From Klebsormidium nitens (taxonomy: Eukaryota; Plantae; Klebsormidiophyceae): a DNA stretch of 64,000 bases. The position numbers and the translations under genes are program-made. Of the stretch, positions 12,100-27,000 are shown piece by piece; position 1 is the stretch's first letter; each line of letters starts with the position of its first letter. The notes below the pieces were generated by a model. The model saw only the letters and a program-made list of their open reading frames with translations. It was not told the origin of the DNA and ran no database searches. The stretch lies in contig DF237044.1 in NCBI GenBank assembly GCA_000708835.1, positions 62,001-126,000 of the forward strand, given 5' to 3'.

Positions 12100-15000
12100 A
12101 TGCTTGACACCCGCAAAGCGCTCAACTTCTCGAGACGATCTTGAGACGGGGAGTTTCAGACCATCAGAACCGCGTGGCAAAGCGATCGCGAATGTTGAAG
12201 ATTCAGGAGACTGCCGGTGGATCGCAACTCCATTTCCTGAAATCCAAGAATACGGTGACACTTTTCAACCGCTAGTGGACGAGACAAGCTCCGGCTTTGC
12301 TGCTGGTTTGAATGTACAGGGCTGTGTGATTCCATCGGTTGTGGTCTTGGATTGGTTCTGCACTACATTAAGAAGGGCAAAGAGAGAACTTTCATGGCTG
12401 TATCACAGCCAAAAAGGCCGTCATGCCTGTCCGAGCCCTTTGCTTCCTTTTCACATTCGCAGCGTATCAAAAATACTGCTTCAAGCTAAGCGTTCCCGAC
12501 GGTTGCTTAGTACTGCGCCTCTTGAATGTTCTCAAGCGTGACGCCATCACGATCCCGGGGAAGCATCATCAACCCTCCGACGTTGTCGAAAGTCCTTTCT
12601 GTCGGACTCTCTACATCCGACCCTTTTTTTCTTGAACCGTGATCGGATAAGGACGCGGCGTTCACAGAGTTTACTAGAACAAAATGATCCACGAGTGATC
12701 GGCTTATTGCCGGCTGGAGAGATTGGGCGGCGGCTCTAGCGCTTGAGCGCCCATCTGTACACTGGGACCAGAATAAAGACACCAGTGAGAAATCTTACGG
12801 TGAACTCGAGACCCCGATCTTCATTAACGAAAGTGTACAAAGGCTTAGAGCCTTTGAAAGTGCGACTGATCGCAAACCGCGCTGCACAGAAAGGAAACGC
12901 GTACGCAGGCAGCCGTCCCTTTTGCACCTGCCTATAGCGCGCTGTGCCACGGGAGTCGAGCACGCACGCGCGCGTGCGGCTCCAGCCGCGAGGGCGTGGC
13001 AGAGCGCGCGGCGCCCTAAGCGAGCGATATTCTTGTCGAAGACACGTCGAATGCTGAGAAAAGAAGAATGGCTCGAGACAACGCTGCAATTTCAAAAGAA
13101 GGTGTGCTCGATCTTTCACCGTGACGCCCAAGCGAGCAGAAAATGCTTCTGACAAGATCGTTGGCAAGATTCTGATCGAGGTGAGAGGGCGCCAGCAAAG
13201 GAGCCGACGCGACCTTCGTACAAACGCAAAAATGCAGGAGGCAGCTTTTGCGTCCAGCGCGGGCGGGCGCGCGGACACGGGCACGCTTACACGTGGCCGC
13301 GCTTGACTTCGAAAGGCGCTTTGTTTCAACCGATCACGAAATTTGTTTTCAATATTTTGTGTGACGCACTCGAGCTGGCTTGTTTCAGACGTCAGTTTAG
13401 TTTATCCTCTCGAGACACCTTCGAGAAGCAGGCTTTCTAAAGGGCTGGGCTAGGAGTGGAAGCTTCCGGGTTCATATACTATAACTCAGGTGCCACAAAC
13501 TCCGAGTCGCCTTTGACATCTGGCGTTTCAATCGTGTCTATGCAATTGATGTTTGCGGCTGAATGGTCAATACTGGCGCGCGCGCGGGAAGGCAAGGATT
13601 GTAGCGTCCCATGCTGGTTGCTCTTGTCAACCAACGATAATCATCTCGAACAATCACTGAGCCCCTCTAATGCGCAATGAGACTTACCAAGGAGAGTCGC
13701 CGGCTCAAACAGTGATCGGTCCGTTTCTCTTGGGACTTACTTTCGGTGCAAGTAAATCTACATAGGGGCTTCGATTTTCTGACACAACGTTTTGACGGGC
13801 GACTGCGTAGGATTGGCACCGGCGTGGACCTTGCAACGTTACGCTGGCCCTTTTGAGTCTCAAAACCCAACTATTTCTCAAGCCTTTGTTTCCATTCGAG
13901 AGCAACAGTTTAAGAGTACCAATCCCGGTCCCACCTCCTATTTGCGAGCTTCGAGCTTCAAACAGTGAGCGGCGCTGGCCTTCCTAGTGCGATGCTGAAG
14001 TTTGGACTCAATCGACAGCTTGAGTCGAATAAAAACGGATCTCCGGGTCTCCCAATGATAGAGATGACTGTTTGCAAGCCTTGCACACAGCACTCATAAC
14101 TGTGCGCGCAAACGCCTTTCTCTGACGGGATTGCAGAGTCAGTCGCTGCCCTTCGCCTAAGATTAATCAACGGATGCATCCGCATCGATCAAAGCCAACT
14201 TATACGACTTTATTGGGTGTCCTGCTTCAGCGGATGGGGATGTCAAAGCAACACTTTTCTCAAAGCTTGAAGCTCATGCAGGTAATTTGACGAACTTTAA
14301 CTTTGATTGAGAAAAGGTTCGCGAGCACCGCTTGGCATACTCAAACGGCGACGTTCGTTAGTTGCCCCAAGGAATCGTGGGACTAGACTCAATTGAACCA
14401 CCACGTTCTGTTCCTGAAAGTTAAGTTTGTATTATAACTAATTAGCAGCTTGAAGCCTAGCCAGGCGCCCTCCTCAGGGCCTGTTGGCTACAAGAGCACC
14501 CGCTTTGTGGCACTCGCGATGTAACATCAAGAGGCCTTGTTGTCCAACGGGAACTTAAATCTTTGCGGCTGACTTGAATGAAGAAGGCAGTGGCGTGCGC
14601 TGGCACGAAGTGGGCAAAGAGGAGCATTTCTGGGTCAATATCGCCCACACGCTGCTTGATTGTACTTGACCATGAGCCCTTACAGTGGACCAGACGAGAC
14701 CATCTCATTTTGAAGTGACACAGTCGGACGAGCAGACGGTCTCGCTCACGGCTCCTGGCACCTCTTCTCAAAACGGTAAGACTTACTTATCCGACATTCA
14801 AAGGCCGCACGTCCACTAGTGGGTAGTCAACATCTTAGTACGGAGCCGCACAACTCATGAGCTTTGATGTCTGAATAGCAAGCAAGGAAATGAAAAGTGT
14901 GGGTGATGGCTCAGACGCGGTTTCCGTGGTCAATATTTATCTTTCGGATAGCCTCAGCTCAGATCGGTCAAGGTGTAATGTGGGCTCGTACGAACAAACT

Positions 15001-18000
15001 GTGCGGGCAACGAGTCAATGGACGATCTGGGCTATACCGAAAGAAACCATCTGGGCTGCTTTCAGATCCAGTGCCCACGAAATCCGGGACAATCTTTCAA
15101 TGAGTCCTTTGTTGAAGGCATGCAGAATAGCATTCTCTCGAGGATCAACCAAAAGACAGCGAGCTGCAAGTTGTACGGAGATCACGGTGCAGCCCCTCAA
15201 TGAGATGTTTTCTCCCCGACTGCTGGCCTAGTGTTGAAGTTCGTACTCCACCTTCGTCCGTTCTTTCGTACCAACTAGTATCACGTATGCCATCCTTTCT
15301 TCAACATGCGGCCAGGTGATTTCGCCCTCACATTGAAGGGCGGCTCATACGGCTTTGAAACACGGGCTGCCACATCACGAAAAGCAGATTCCCACTTTTG
15401 AAGGCACCCAGCAACGTATACATCGCTGAGTTCTTTCCAATCTTGCATTACCGCAAGGTGAGCTCTTGCTGCTTTTGAAACGTGAAGGTGATCGGACTGC
15501 TGTTCTCGCAGGTCCTGATTCTGCTTTGACAATAACGATTAAGGGGTTTCCCTTATCATATCCCCAAAGAAATAGATTTTCGATGCCGCGACTAAGATGC
15601 GGCCGGCTAGGAAGAGAAAGTTTAGCTGGGCTGGTTATAATCTCACCGACAGCGCTTGACTTCTAAGCCGCCGGTCGATGGAATCCACCTTGTAGACGTA
15701 CGTGACGCTCCCTAGTAGGCGGCGTTTTGGGCACCGGTATGACACCTTATACAATTTATGCAAGCGTCGTCACGTTCTAGAAAGTGGTCCATCGTTATTT
15801 TTGCAGACCGAGTGGGTAATCTAACTTACGGGAACACTGAGCTTAGCTACGAAACGATTCTGACAGTATTGTAAGAGCAAATAATTACTGCACCTATAGC
15901 GGGTCGAGTGAATCAAAACTCGGCTCCTGATCGATCTGGCCCAGATCCGGCATTGGAAAAGCCTGATGGCAAGATCTCCATTGACCCCCGTTCTCCCTAG
16001 GTGCCTAAAGGCAATGAACTTAGCTAGAATACACTGGGCGGTCCAGGCCCAAAGACTGTATCGGTCTTCGAAATGAGCCTTTCTCTCTCTGAAAGCATCT
16101 TATCTCTCTATGCATAGCCCACTGCAGCGCCCTTATTCGTAGGCCCACACGCCCCCATCGCTTTTTTGTTTTCTGCTCTAATCAGATGTTCACGAAGTTC
16201 GGCGTCTATTAATTGTTACAAAGCTTGGAATTCAACCTCGGTGGGTCGCCCTCTTGAGATCAGGGCTCGCGATCGGTAGAATGAGAACACGACTTTCTCG
16301 CAGCAGCCCGCATAATCATGATCTGGAGGACTACACTTGTGGGTTTGACCATCCCGCTTTTATGCCCGAAAGCTAAAAGCCTTTGCGGGCGCAAACCCCT
16401 TAATCTCCGGTGAAGCCACGCGCAGCTAGCTCGAGTCCTTCCTCATTACCTTGGACTTCTTCCGTCAGTCCATCGTCCTATCCAACAGAAAAGGTGCAAG
16501 GCTTTACTTTTAGCCATTTCGCGTGTCCTTTGGTAATGACGAGCCGCCGGTCGAGGCCATTGGTACGTGACGTTCCTGTAGGTGTGTGGGGTGTTGAGCC
16601 TGGTCGCAATCATGAACAGTAGTCCATCTTTCCAATGTGATGGTTATTCCAAATCGGGCGTCGATCACTTCGCTTGTCTTATGAGGCATCTATTCCACTC
16701 AAATCCTGGCCGCTAGGCTCCCAGAGCGCACAGGCTGCACGCCCGCACAGTGCAGTAGCAAATGGTCTTGCCTCGGGTCATGACTCGCCTGCTGGCGAGC
16801 ACGATTGCCCTTATGCGAACGTCATCACTTTCTGTAAAAAGCACCATCAACCTGCGCACCGACTCAAACAAATCAAGGCAATATGGTCGATTAGCTTAGA
16901 TTATGCGGCCGCTTCTTTGAATTGTTCGGAGCTGCTTTGCAATACAGCGTAGCGGACCGCATCAATTGTTTTCTTTCCAATGGAAAACGTGACAGCCCCT
17001 CTCCTTTCTTGTGTGTCTGCTTGAAGGCAAGATTCCTCTATTTCTATGGGCTATCCATGCCCACAAACCCTATTCTCGATTAAAGAGCCTTCTTGTGGTT
17101 TTTGAAAGCAGAGTCTGAAGAGAACACTCCGCATGTGAAAGCCGCGCCCTTTAGATCTTAGGCCCACGTAAATTCCGTCGGCTCGGTTTGTTCTGCTTTG
17201 TGCAAAGGCGTTTGATCCTCCAATTGCGGTACGTTACGTACATGGCCGAAGCGCAGCACAGTTACCGGATCATCTCTAGTCTCCTCCTGACAACTTCGAT
17301 TGATGCAGGAACTGCAAGGCGTACCTAAATGCTTTCGGTGATTTGGACCTCACAGACCGTTTAAAAGTATTTTCAGGGCAATGGTTACGAATCCGTCACC
17401 TAGAAGGTGCTTGTCGTGCACGACCTTTGGCGCACCTCCGCTCGCGGGCCTTCGACAGGTCTGCCACGCGCGGACGGAAGATTCAAGTTGCCGTCGACAA
17501 GCTAGCGACAAAATCTTGTTAACGAGGCACAGACTCGCCATGGTTGAGGACGCCTTAGGGCAAAGAAGGAAGTTCCTGGACGCATGGGTTTGCGAATTAG
17601 GGCCCATGTTGTGTGGAGCGGAGCCCGTTGTGAAAAGAAAATATACCAGAAACAAATCACCTTTAAGAAGAGCACGAGGATATTCTGCTCCATGGGATTT
17701 TCATCTTACTTGTCTTTGGAAATCCCACCAACCCAAGATATTATCGCAGCTGATGCGAGACTGCGGATGCTCGCAGTGCTTCATGATTGCGGCTCTAGCT
17801 CCATTTTTGACCTTGTGGCCTCAGAGTTTTCTGAGCTGCGGAAACGGAACAAGTCTCACTCCCGGCTACCCATGAAGGTGGTTGTGCGCTTCAAAGCGGC
17901 GTTGATGGTTCAAAGTTAAGTCATGGGGAACGTCATGTCCCTCAAGGGAGGCAGGGACAGAATCTGAAGCCCGCCCAAACGCGCCCATTTGATATTTACG

Positions 18001-21000
18001 GCCCACTTTTTCCGCCTGCATTTCGTCGCATTCATATGAAAAATGTTTCATATGTCACTTAGGCTAATCTAAGTACTGTTTGGGCGCCTCGGGAAATACT
18101 GCAGCCTGCTTCGTTCAACCTAAACGGATTAACGTCGAGCTTGATGCTGCGAGCTTTGTACCCGACTTAGATTATATTAAAAAGTAGCTTCCAACAATTC
18201 GCAGTCTGCTTCAGAAGTGACTTTTTAGATACTGTGATACTCGTCAATCTTTTGGACTCATAATCAGGGTTTCATCATGTGAAGGTATGGCCGAACTTGG
18301 CCCGGCAACCCACGGATTTTGAGCAAGAACCAGATGAAAAAATAAGTCAAAGCAACGGACGCGGATTCTGGCCAAGGTGCTCTCTTCTCGAAAATAATCC
18401 ACTCTTGAAGTTTCAAGGATGTGAGAGCGAGAGGAAGTCCACAGCAGGTCGCATAAAAAGCGCGGGCGAACGTGCAGCCGCGTGACTTTCCCGCCGGTAG
18501 AGGCGCGCTTGCGTCACGGAAACATCAGCTTGGTAGACCCATCTCCAGCGTGCTCGAGCGGCCCGCCCAACGGTACAGCGCGCGCGCGTGGCACAGCGCG
18601 CAACGCCTTGAGCGAGGGAAATCTCAAGTGTCAGAAAACCCGTCTGCTGCTCGAAATTAGGGAACGAGATCGATGGACGGCTGCTATCTGAATAAAGGCG
18701 GCGGGCTATATATTCCGCTCTGAAGTGCAAGCGAACGGAGTGCGCTTCCAGAGTCATCCAAACCGTTGCGCGCGTCGGGGAAGGAGCCGACGCGGGCAAG
18801 CGCGCAGCCGAGTGCGCGTTTAAACGCGCAAAAGTGAAGCTAGTTGAGCGCGGAAGCGTGCGCGGACGCGGCAGCCTCCGTCACCGCACGACATCTTTCT
18901 GGATCTTCAATTTCTGCAAAGCGTGCTCTCGTTCTACCGCTTGTTGACAGCAAGTTTCGAGTCAGGTTCGTTCATGCTTCGTCCTGTGTGCGCACACACG
19001 TGACACACACGTGTGTGTTACGTGTGACACACAAACACGTATATGTCTCGCAAGGCTCCACCGGCTTCAAGGTCCTCATAGTCGCCGAGGCAGTGACCAG
19101 GATGGAAATATGCCTCTTTGCCAGCTTGTTGGCAGGACGGGCCAGGTAATCTGTGACGCCAATATGATTGGGGTATGATTGTCCATCTGCTAAGCAGCGT
19201 CTGTGAATCGGAGCAAAACGATTGTAATTTTGGTCTACCACAAGCGGAGGTGTCCTTTAGGCTGGTCTTCTCATTGTCGGTTGCGAAGCGTGCACCTCTG
19301 TGCTTCCTAACCGGATCACGGATGCTAGCTAGCGTCGAGGCGTTCTTCGCGAGAACCTTACGCCCGTTTGATTCTGCCGTTTCTCGGACCGTCGGCTACT
19401 GGTCTTTCAGTAAGCTTATAGTCGACAAGCAGAGCTCTAGTAAATTTCGAATCTGATGTCCTAATGCACTGCTGTTGTTTTGCAGATCTTGCCAGCTCCT
19501 TTAGAGCTATATCTAGTGAACAGGCCGTAGTGGGAAAGCTTAAATCTACACCCGAGAAATCTCGCTTGGGGATCATGCCACGGCCCACCTCGTGAGTGCC
19601 GGTTAGGAAGAAAAATGGTCGGCTCCGAGTTGCGGCTCAAAGCCAGTTGTGTTGTATGAAGTCGTGATCATGAACCGGCGCTTGATTCACATGACATGTT
19701 AACTTCTTAGCGCATACTGGATCTCGATACATCTGATGGGGAACTGTCAGGCCGGAGTGCCAGGCTTGGGAGCGCGCGGTACCCCTTCAGTTCGTAAGGG
19801 CCATGCTTTACTCGATCCGATATTTTTGTTTTGTCTGATATATATGCTAGTAAACTCGTTGCAGTCTCCGGCCCGCTTGCGAAAACGCTTTTTATACTAA
19901 TCGAGACCGACCGTGCAAAACCAACGGGACGTTAATGTCTGGAACCCCAACATTCAAATGGATTCAAATTCAAGAACCCAGAAAGCGTTCTTACGACTAG
20001 ATTTCAAAGAAAAGTGGTCAGGCTCCACAACTGTTTACGCTCCATCAGAAACATTCACCACTCACGGACGTGGTCACTACATGCAAACGCCCCGCATTCG
20101 CCAACTAGAACGGGCGCAGGCAGTGGCTACCTTCCGTTGGATTTCTCGAGAACATCAAGAGGCTCGTTGGTAAGGGTTCGCGAAGGGCAAGGAGGACAAT
20201 ATTGTACGCATGATGTGCAAATATGTGCGGATTGAGACGAAGAGCCAGATTTGCTGAGCCCTTTGCAGGCCGATGCACCACCAAATCACCAAGGGTATTT
20301 GAGATAAGTACCGAGTTGTGCTTTGAGGAGCAGCGCACCGAATTGTTTTTCAATCTCCAAAGTCGAAACGAGAACATAAGGCGTCAAGTTAGTGCAATCG
20401 TCTTTACAGGTTCTGATCCGTATTTGATCCGTGTCTGCTTGCAAGCTGTACGATTCTGGGCGGTCCAAGCCCAACTATTGTTTGTGTAGATGTTTTTCTC
20501 CAGATCAGAGGCACACATGGTGACCGTCTGCTCGTTTTGTTCTTCCCAGAGACGCGATTACTGAGAAACTCTGGTGTTTCGTCTCTCAATAGTAACACGC
20601 ATGCTTGAGCCCCGTACAAATTTAACCATACCAGAGCACACTCGTCAGACCGGTCCGGACGTAGGCTGCTTGAGCAATTCAAGGAGAACGCTTTTGCAAC
20701 CGGATATTCCCCGCCTTTGTTACCTGGGCCATCCATGAAAGTCTCCAAAAACTTCCTCTGTCTTGATCAAATGAGTACTTTGATACCCACCAGATAGTTT
20801 TCGTGCACGACCTTCGGCGCTCGCACCCCGCTACCACATACTAGAGGTCTCGAACAGGTCTCCGCATCTCTGCCGTTTGACAAGGAAAAGTTCTCGTTGA
20901 CAACGATAATGAAGTTTGGTACTAAGCACAGACTCGCAGTACTTAAGGACCGCCTTGAGGCAAAGAGGATGCTCCCTCGACTCGCAAACTGGATTTGCAA

Positions 21001-24000
21001 ATAGTGGGTTGGTTTCTGAGCCCTTGAGGACCAATGCATTCGAAATTCCTTCAAAGAGCATGCGTGATCTTGCTACAAGGGTTCTGCTCCACACATTTTC
21101 TTGATTTGCGACGAACCCAAGAGATAAGAAAGGTACGATACTGCGCATAACCACGTTGATTCGAGATAGCGGCTCCAGCTCCGTTTCCGATCTTGTGGCC
21201 TCAGGGTTTTTTTCAAAAACGCGGAGACGGAAGCGGGCTCAGCCGCATCACGAAAAAAGGTGGTTGTGCGGGTTAAAGCGGCGTGTGATGGATTTGCTAC
21301 GTCGTGGGGGGCGGGTTCTTCAACGGCAGAGGAAACATGCTCTGACGCTTCGTGATCAACTGCGTTAATTTGAAAGTTGCACCCCACGTTTTCCGCGGAA
21401 CCTGCATTCCAGCGCCTTCCAAATTCGATGTTCTTTAAGCCCACTTCTATCCCCTAGGCAGTACCAAAGGAGGATTCTTTGCATGGCGCCTCGCGAACTT
21501 CTGCAGCCTGCTTCCTTCGACGAACTAATGCTGCTGGCAGCATCAAATAATTTCTCTGAAGTGCTACGTTTATTAATTAGCTCTACGAAGGCGTAGCTAG
21601 TGTGCTTCCACTTGTATCGTGACCGTCCGATAGGGGGAGTGATCTAGCGGCGTCAACACAATCCTGGGGTCCGGTTCAAGACGTGCAACTATGGTCGATA
21701 CCGAACTGACACCCTACTGAGCACAATTAGATGGCAACGAAGGCAAAGCATTGGGCGCGGTTTCGGCCCAAGCAAGATTCTGGCTATGTTTGTTTGTAAC
21801 CGAGCCGTCGAAATTTGAATCTTGACAAAGGCGAATTAGTGGCTTCCCGCTGTAAGACAGAATTAAGGTTGAGCTGCAGAAGCTTGTCATTCCGTCGACC
21901 CATCATGATTTAAAGCTAGGGTCTGTCAGATTGATCTGTTGTTTTTCTATGAAAGAAAATAGTGATTTCCCCTGCGTCCTGAACTTTCCCAGGCCTCGGG
22001 GATCGTTTACCCTCCGTGACGGTCCTCTTACTGGACTCGAAAAAGTTGTCGCCTTTTTTGCCAAACCTTCGCCCGCGGCGCCAGGCCCTTTATGAAACCG
22101 CGGGCGACAACCAAAGATGATCGACATTCAATCGCAGCACGCACGAAAGGATCTTGTGATTTGCTCACACTCATCGCACTGCGCCGCAAAAGTGTGAAAG
22201 GCGCGCACGCAGTCACGCCCTGATGCGAGCGCGTGGTAAAGCGCGCGGGGCAAAGAAATCAAGCGCGCACAATTGTCGGCTGAAACAACAAAAGATTGCC
22301 CGGCTGACGAAACACTTTAGTTTTCCAAGTGAGTTTGCCCCATGGCTAGTCTGCTCCGAAAAGTACGAGAATTGAGAAAGGTTCCGACAAGGTGATCCAA
22401 ACCTGATCCAAGCCTGCAGCGCGCCGGTGAAGGAGCCGACGCGGTCACGCACGCAGCCAAGCGCGCGTTGAAACGCGCGAGAACGCGCTAATTGGCAATC
22501 GCGGGAGCGCGCGGAGACGCGGCCGCGCTCCGCTCTTAAGCGCACGGAGGAGCCCTTTGTAACGCAGATGATCTTTGACGCAGAGAGGATGAGCCAATGT
22601 TGTGAGCTGCTCGATCTTCGATTTGCCGACGCGGGTTGCCCGCAACTCAGGCGGCACGGCGAAGCCGACTCGGAAAGGCGGTTGATTGTGTTCCCTTTAG
22701 AAGGCTCGCACGCTCGATTATAAAAGATTCTTGTACGCTAGCTCAGAATCTTGAAATGAGGGTTCGAGAGAACATTGGCGATGACGACAAAAGAGCAATC
22801 GTTGGGCGTTGATCGCTGTGCCCCATAGTTTTTTCACCTCTTGGAAGCCAAGCACTTCAAGCAAGTTTGGCATTCGCGCGCCACCTGTGTTCCGTCTGTT
22901 TTTTCGACAGGTTTGATTTTGGAAAGCGATCTTTTTCTTGATCGAAGCCTATCGGCCTGTTTCAATCCCGGTTCTTTCACAGGGAGGATTGGTCGGTAAC
23001 CTAGGTCCAGTAACCTAGGCACCCAGGTTATGCCTAGGTTACAGGACCAAGGTTGTTGACAACCTCGGTATCACCTAGGTTGCTGTACAATAATTTGACT
23101 TGTGTCACGTTGTGAGTAACCGAGGTCCCTAGGTTGTTAACAACCTAGACACACCCAGGTTACAGAAATTTTGGGCCCAGGTTACGCCACAACCTGGGTG
23201 GTTTGTTCTTAATCTGGGCATACAAACAGTATATAGATTTTGTTTGGAGAACGTTTTCAGATCAAAAGAAGCAATAGCAGAGTGGTAAGACGCTTGATTC
23301 TGGTAGACATGCATTAGAACGTGGGTTCGAACCAGAGAGCCCATAGCTGCGCTCTCTTTTTACCTCTCGGAAACGCCTATGAAAAGCACCAAAGTAGACA
23401 CTTTCCCAATCCGTTTTCTCCGTTTCCTTTTCGACTTCGACTTTTTTGCGACTTAACCATGCTTTGGCACGTCCTTTGCTACAAGATGGTGTTATCCTTT
23501 TGGAAAATCTCATGTTTCTTAACGGCCAGAAAGCGTCACAAAGGCTCAAATTCTTCTTCTGCGCATTTGAGTTATCAACAAACCAGGTCGAAGTTGTTCG
23601 CAACCCGGGTCAGCATGGGTTGTGCAGAACCTACCCGGGTTAAGAGTGCCACTCAACCCAGGTCCAAGGTTACCTAGGTTACTACCTATGTTACGCGACA
23701 ACCTATGCAATAACCTCGGCACAACCTACCAAGGTTACTGACCAATCCCCCCTGTGTTTGGGGCACCGTTCTAACAAGCAGAAACACAGAAATCCGTTCC
23801 CCTCATCGAAGTTGACGCAGTGGCAGTGACGCGATTGCCAGAGGCCTCCCTTGCCAGTGTTCTGATAATGGCTGGGAATTGCCTGATGATCACGTGTCTG
23901 ACGCCATGTTGAAACGGTTATATCTGATCTCAATCCTGCAGATTGATCAACGTAGCAAGGTCTGCAAGTTTTCGAAAGCCATAGTTGTGCTTCGGATGAT

Positions 24001-27000
24001 TCTGAGGCTAATTTGTGAACATGTGTTGTGTATGCTAAAGGTCTGCTGGTGTTCCGTACCCGAGCTTAATTATATATGGCCTGCTCCGCACTCTAAGACG
24101 GAACCAAGACCAAATTACTGTAAGCATAGAATACGGAAACCATCGATGGTTGGTTGATCCCACCCATGGTCATCGACTTGATAAGCTTCAGCTCGCTTCC
24201 TGCATGGCCTCAGGAAACCGCGTACGCAAGAGACACTTAGGAATCCCCTCCGTCGAAGCAGTTGCGTGAAGCAGGCGTGTAACGAGTCTGTGAGGAACCA
24301 GCTCCATGATGCTGTGTGGTATTGAATACTGTAGAGCTTGGTAAACAATCCAGGCTTTTAATTTCCGACTGTTGAGCACACAGCTAATAATAACTGGATT
24401 ACTGGCTGCAAGGTTTATGTTGAGAATGTGCCCAGGATGTGGCCGTCCGGCTGCCGCACAGCGTGGAAGAATGAACGTCTCGTGCCCATGTTTAACTCGT
24501 GATATCCGCAAGCACTGTAGCTTGAAGCAAGCTAGCATCTTTTCAGGAAGACGCATGTCTTCACTTTTGCCAACGGCCACGTGGAATTACAGGGCGTCAA
24601 ACAGAATGAGATACGGGACGCCTTTTTGACGCAATCTTTGAGTTGCGCTGAAGAACGACCGCGAAGCGTTCAGATCAGTTTTTGATCGTACTTCGATTTC
24701 GAAATCGAACTCGAATATTGGAAAAGCTCTACTTTACCCTCTTTTCATGCCGCTCCAGGGCAAGGATTTGGCAGACTGTTACGGGCGGTCCAGCCCACCA
24801 ATAACAGCTTCTTGGAAGACACCAAGTGAGCCTGACTCAATATATAATCGCATAGCACATTCAAAGGGGGTCTGACTTAGGAAACCTGCGCCCAAGAGGT
24901 TTAGAGTCGCAGGCCCCAATGCTCTCTTTCAATGTTGTGTGCTCTGCTTTGTATACGTCTTCGGGAACCGGCGTCCCTTTTCGGTAACGACACGTCTTGT
25001 ACATCAGCTCATTAAAATTGCAAGAGAATCACCAAGCTCTTCCGCACAAATCTTCTGGACAAATTACAGGATTCGTAGAGCGTACTTATGCGAAACGGGC
25101 TTGCCGGGCTCTCGTGACTGAAAACCTGCCGGAACGTTTCAGAAATCGGTGTCTTTGTAAAGGGACCATGTCACTGATCAGATGGTCCTCGACCACGCGC
25201 TTCGCACAGCCATGCGCAGGCGGGCCTTGAACAGATCAGTGCGTTTTGATCTGATTGGCAAAGCTTCTGTGGGTGAGGGACCGAATAAGGGCAAAGAAGG
25301 CAAAGGTCCTGAACTCGCAGGGTTGTGCAAGCGATCTGCTCACTCATAGCCTGATCCGAGCCCTTTGTAAAACGATTGATGCACCAGAGAAAAGACGAGG
25401 TTCGTCGCTATCAATTCTCCTTGCGGAAACGTTTCGCACGAACCTGGCACTCAAAAGCCAAACCAGTGTCCGTTTCGTCAGTCATGAGCAACTGAAAAAT
25501 ACAGATATGCGCAAAATCCTGCGGAGAGGCGGCGGTGATGGTCTTGCTTACGTTTTGGGGGACATGCTCTTCCAGTGATGCTTATAGCGAGTTCTCTTCG
25601 GATGCTCGCTCCCCGCTCGCTCAAAGACGCTTCCATGGGTTCTAGCAACCCATGCAAATCTCGTGTTGGTCAGCACGCAATCTAGTATGGTGGAGTGATA
25701 AAGCTTTGTTGAGCCGCCTTGGAAACTGCAGCACCCTGCTTTAGACGATGCTGCTGGCCAAATCAAATCTAATCTAACTGAAACGTGAGGTTTCAAAGGT
25801 TCTAAGCTTAAAGAACTCAAGCGGAGCTCGGCACATGCACACTTGTCCGTTCCGAGACTCTCGCGGTGGAGGGTGCGACCGGGTTTGCATTACGTCGGCG
25901 ACCAGTAAGAAGCATCGGCATCATCATCTGGGTTTGGCTGCGGACCCACCAAAGACGAGACTTGAGAATGGCGTACGAAGCATGGGGTCGATCGGGAATG
26001 CACGAATGATCGTCAAGGAAGGCTCTTTTTTTGCGTCTATGGCCAGTACCTAAGTATCTTCGTGCAAGCTTCCAAGGCACAGTTCTTAGAAGCATGGCGC
26101 TCAGCTGAGCCTCAGTCGGAGGATTCACGAGTTGCGACGAGGCAGACAAAGTACTGGCGCGTTATTTAGATGATCTTTCCGTGGCTGTCGCGTGCTCGAT
26201 CCCAAATTCAGCGTCCCTGCCGGTAGACTAAAACTTCACATGCCGTTTTACGGGAGTTCCTGGGGACGGTGATGTTGCAGAGCTGGTCACGTACGACGCC
26301 AAGATCGACTCCAGCATCCAACTCGGAGCTCCGGCCACTGTGCCTCTATCCGATCAAGCCTTCGAAGGGAATTCTTCCCTCCCCCACAAGATAGTGTGCT
26401 TCATTCGTGCTTATACGAGCGGATGATCGGGTGCTGGCTACTTGTTTCGGCTGCGGACTTGTCCAGAGCATGAATGTGGTTGGGCCACACTACCCGCAGA
26501 CGTTGCGCAGAAGGGCTTAAGGTCGAGCTTGCAAGGACGGCTTGTCAAGGTGCTTGATCAACCTGAAAAGTGGCTTTCAAGACCGGGAGGTAGAACCATC
26601 AGAATGGACGGTCCAGATTCTCTTCATCGCAAGGGCTGCGGAGAGCCGTTAACCGCCATAATACAGGAATATTGAGGCGGCTGCTAAATAATTTTGCGCC
26701 TTGGGTTTCAAGCTGGCAGTCAATTCAGGGCCCTCAGGTGGGTCCGGTAATTTCTGCCTCCCGTTCACAAAGAGCTTCAAGCTGTAATCTTTCCCGAAAA
26801 CATTTACCCCAGCCCATCATTGCTGTTGTTTCCACTTTCGAAAAGCCAGTAACAGCGTATTGCGTCCTGAACGTTTTCAGGCGGGGCACCGTTGATCCTT
26901 TGGAGAGACCCTCTTACTGGAGGCAAAGAAAATGTGTGAACTTTCTGCTCAACCTTCGCCCGCAGAGGCGCCATGCTTTTACCGAAACGCAAGCTACAGA

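Noticed and set aside
18985-19045. CACACGTG-rich tract as a G-box cluster
   Set aside because: Better explained as low-complexity (CA/GT) sequence inside a pseudogene.
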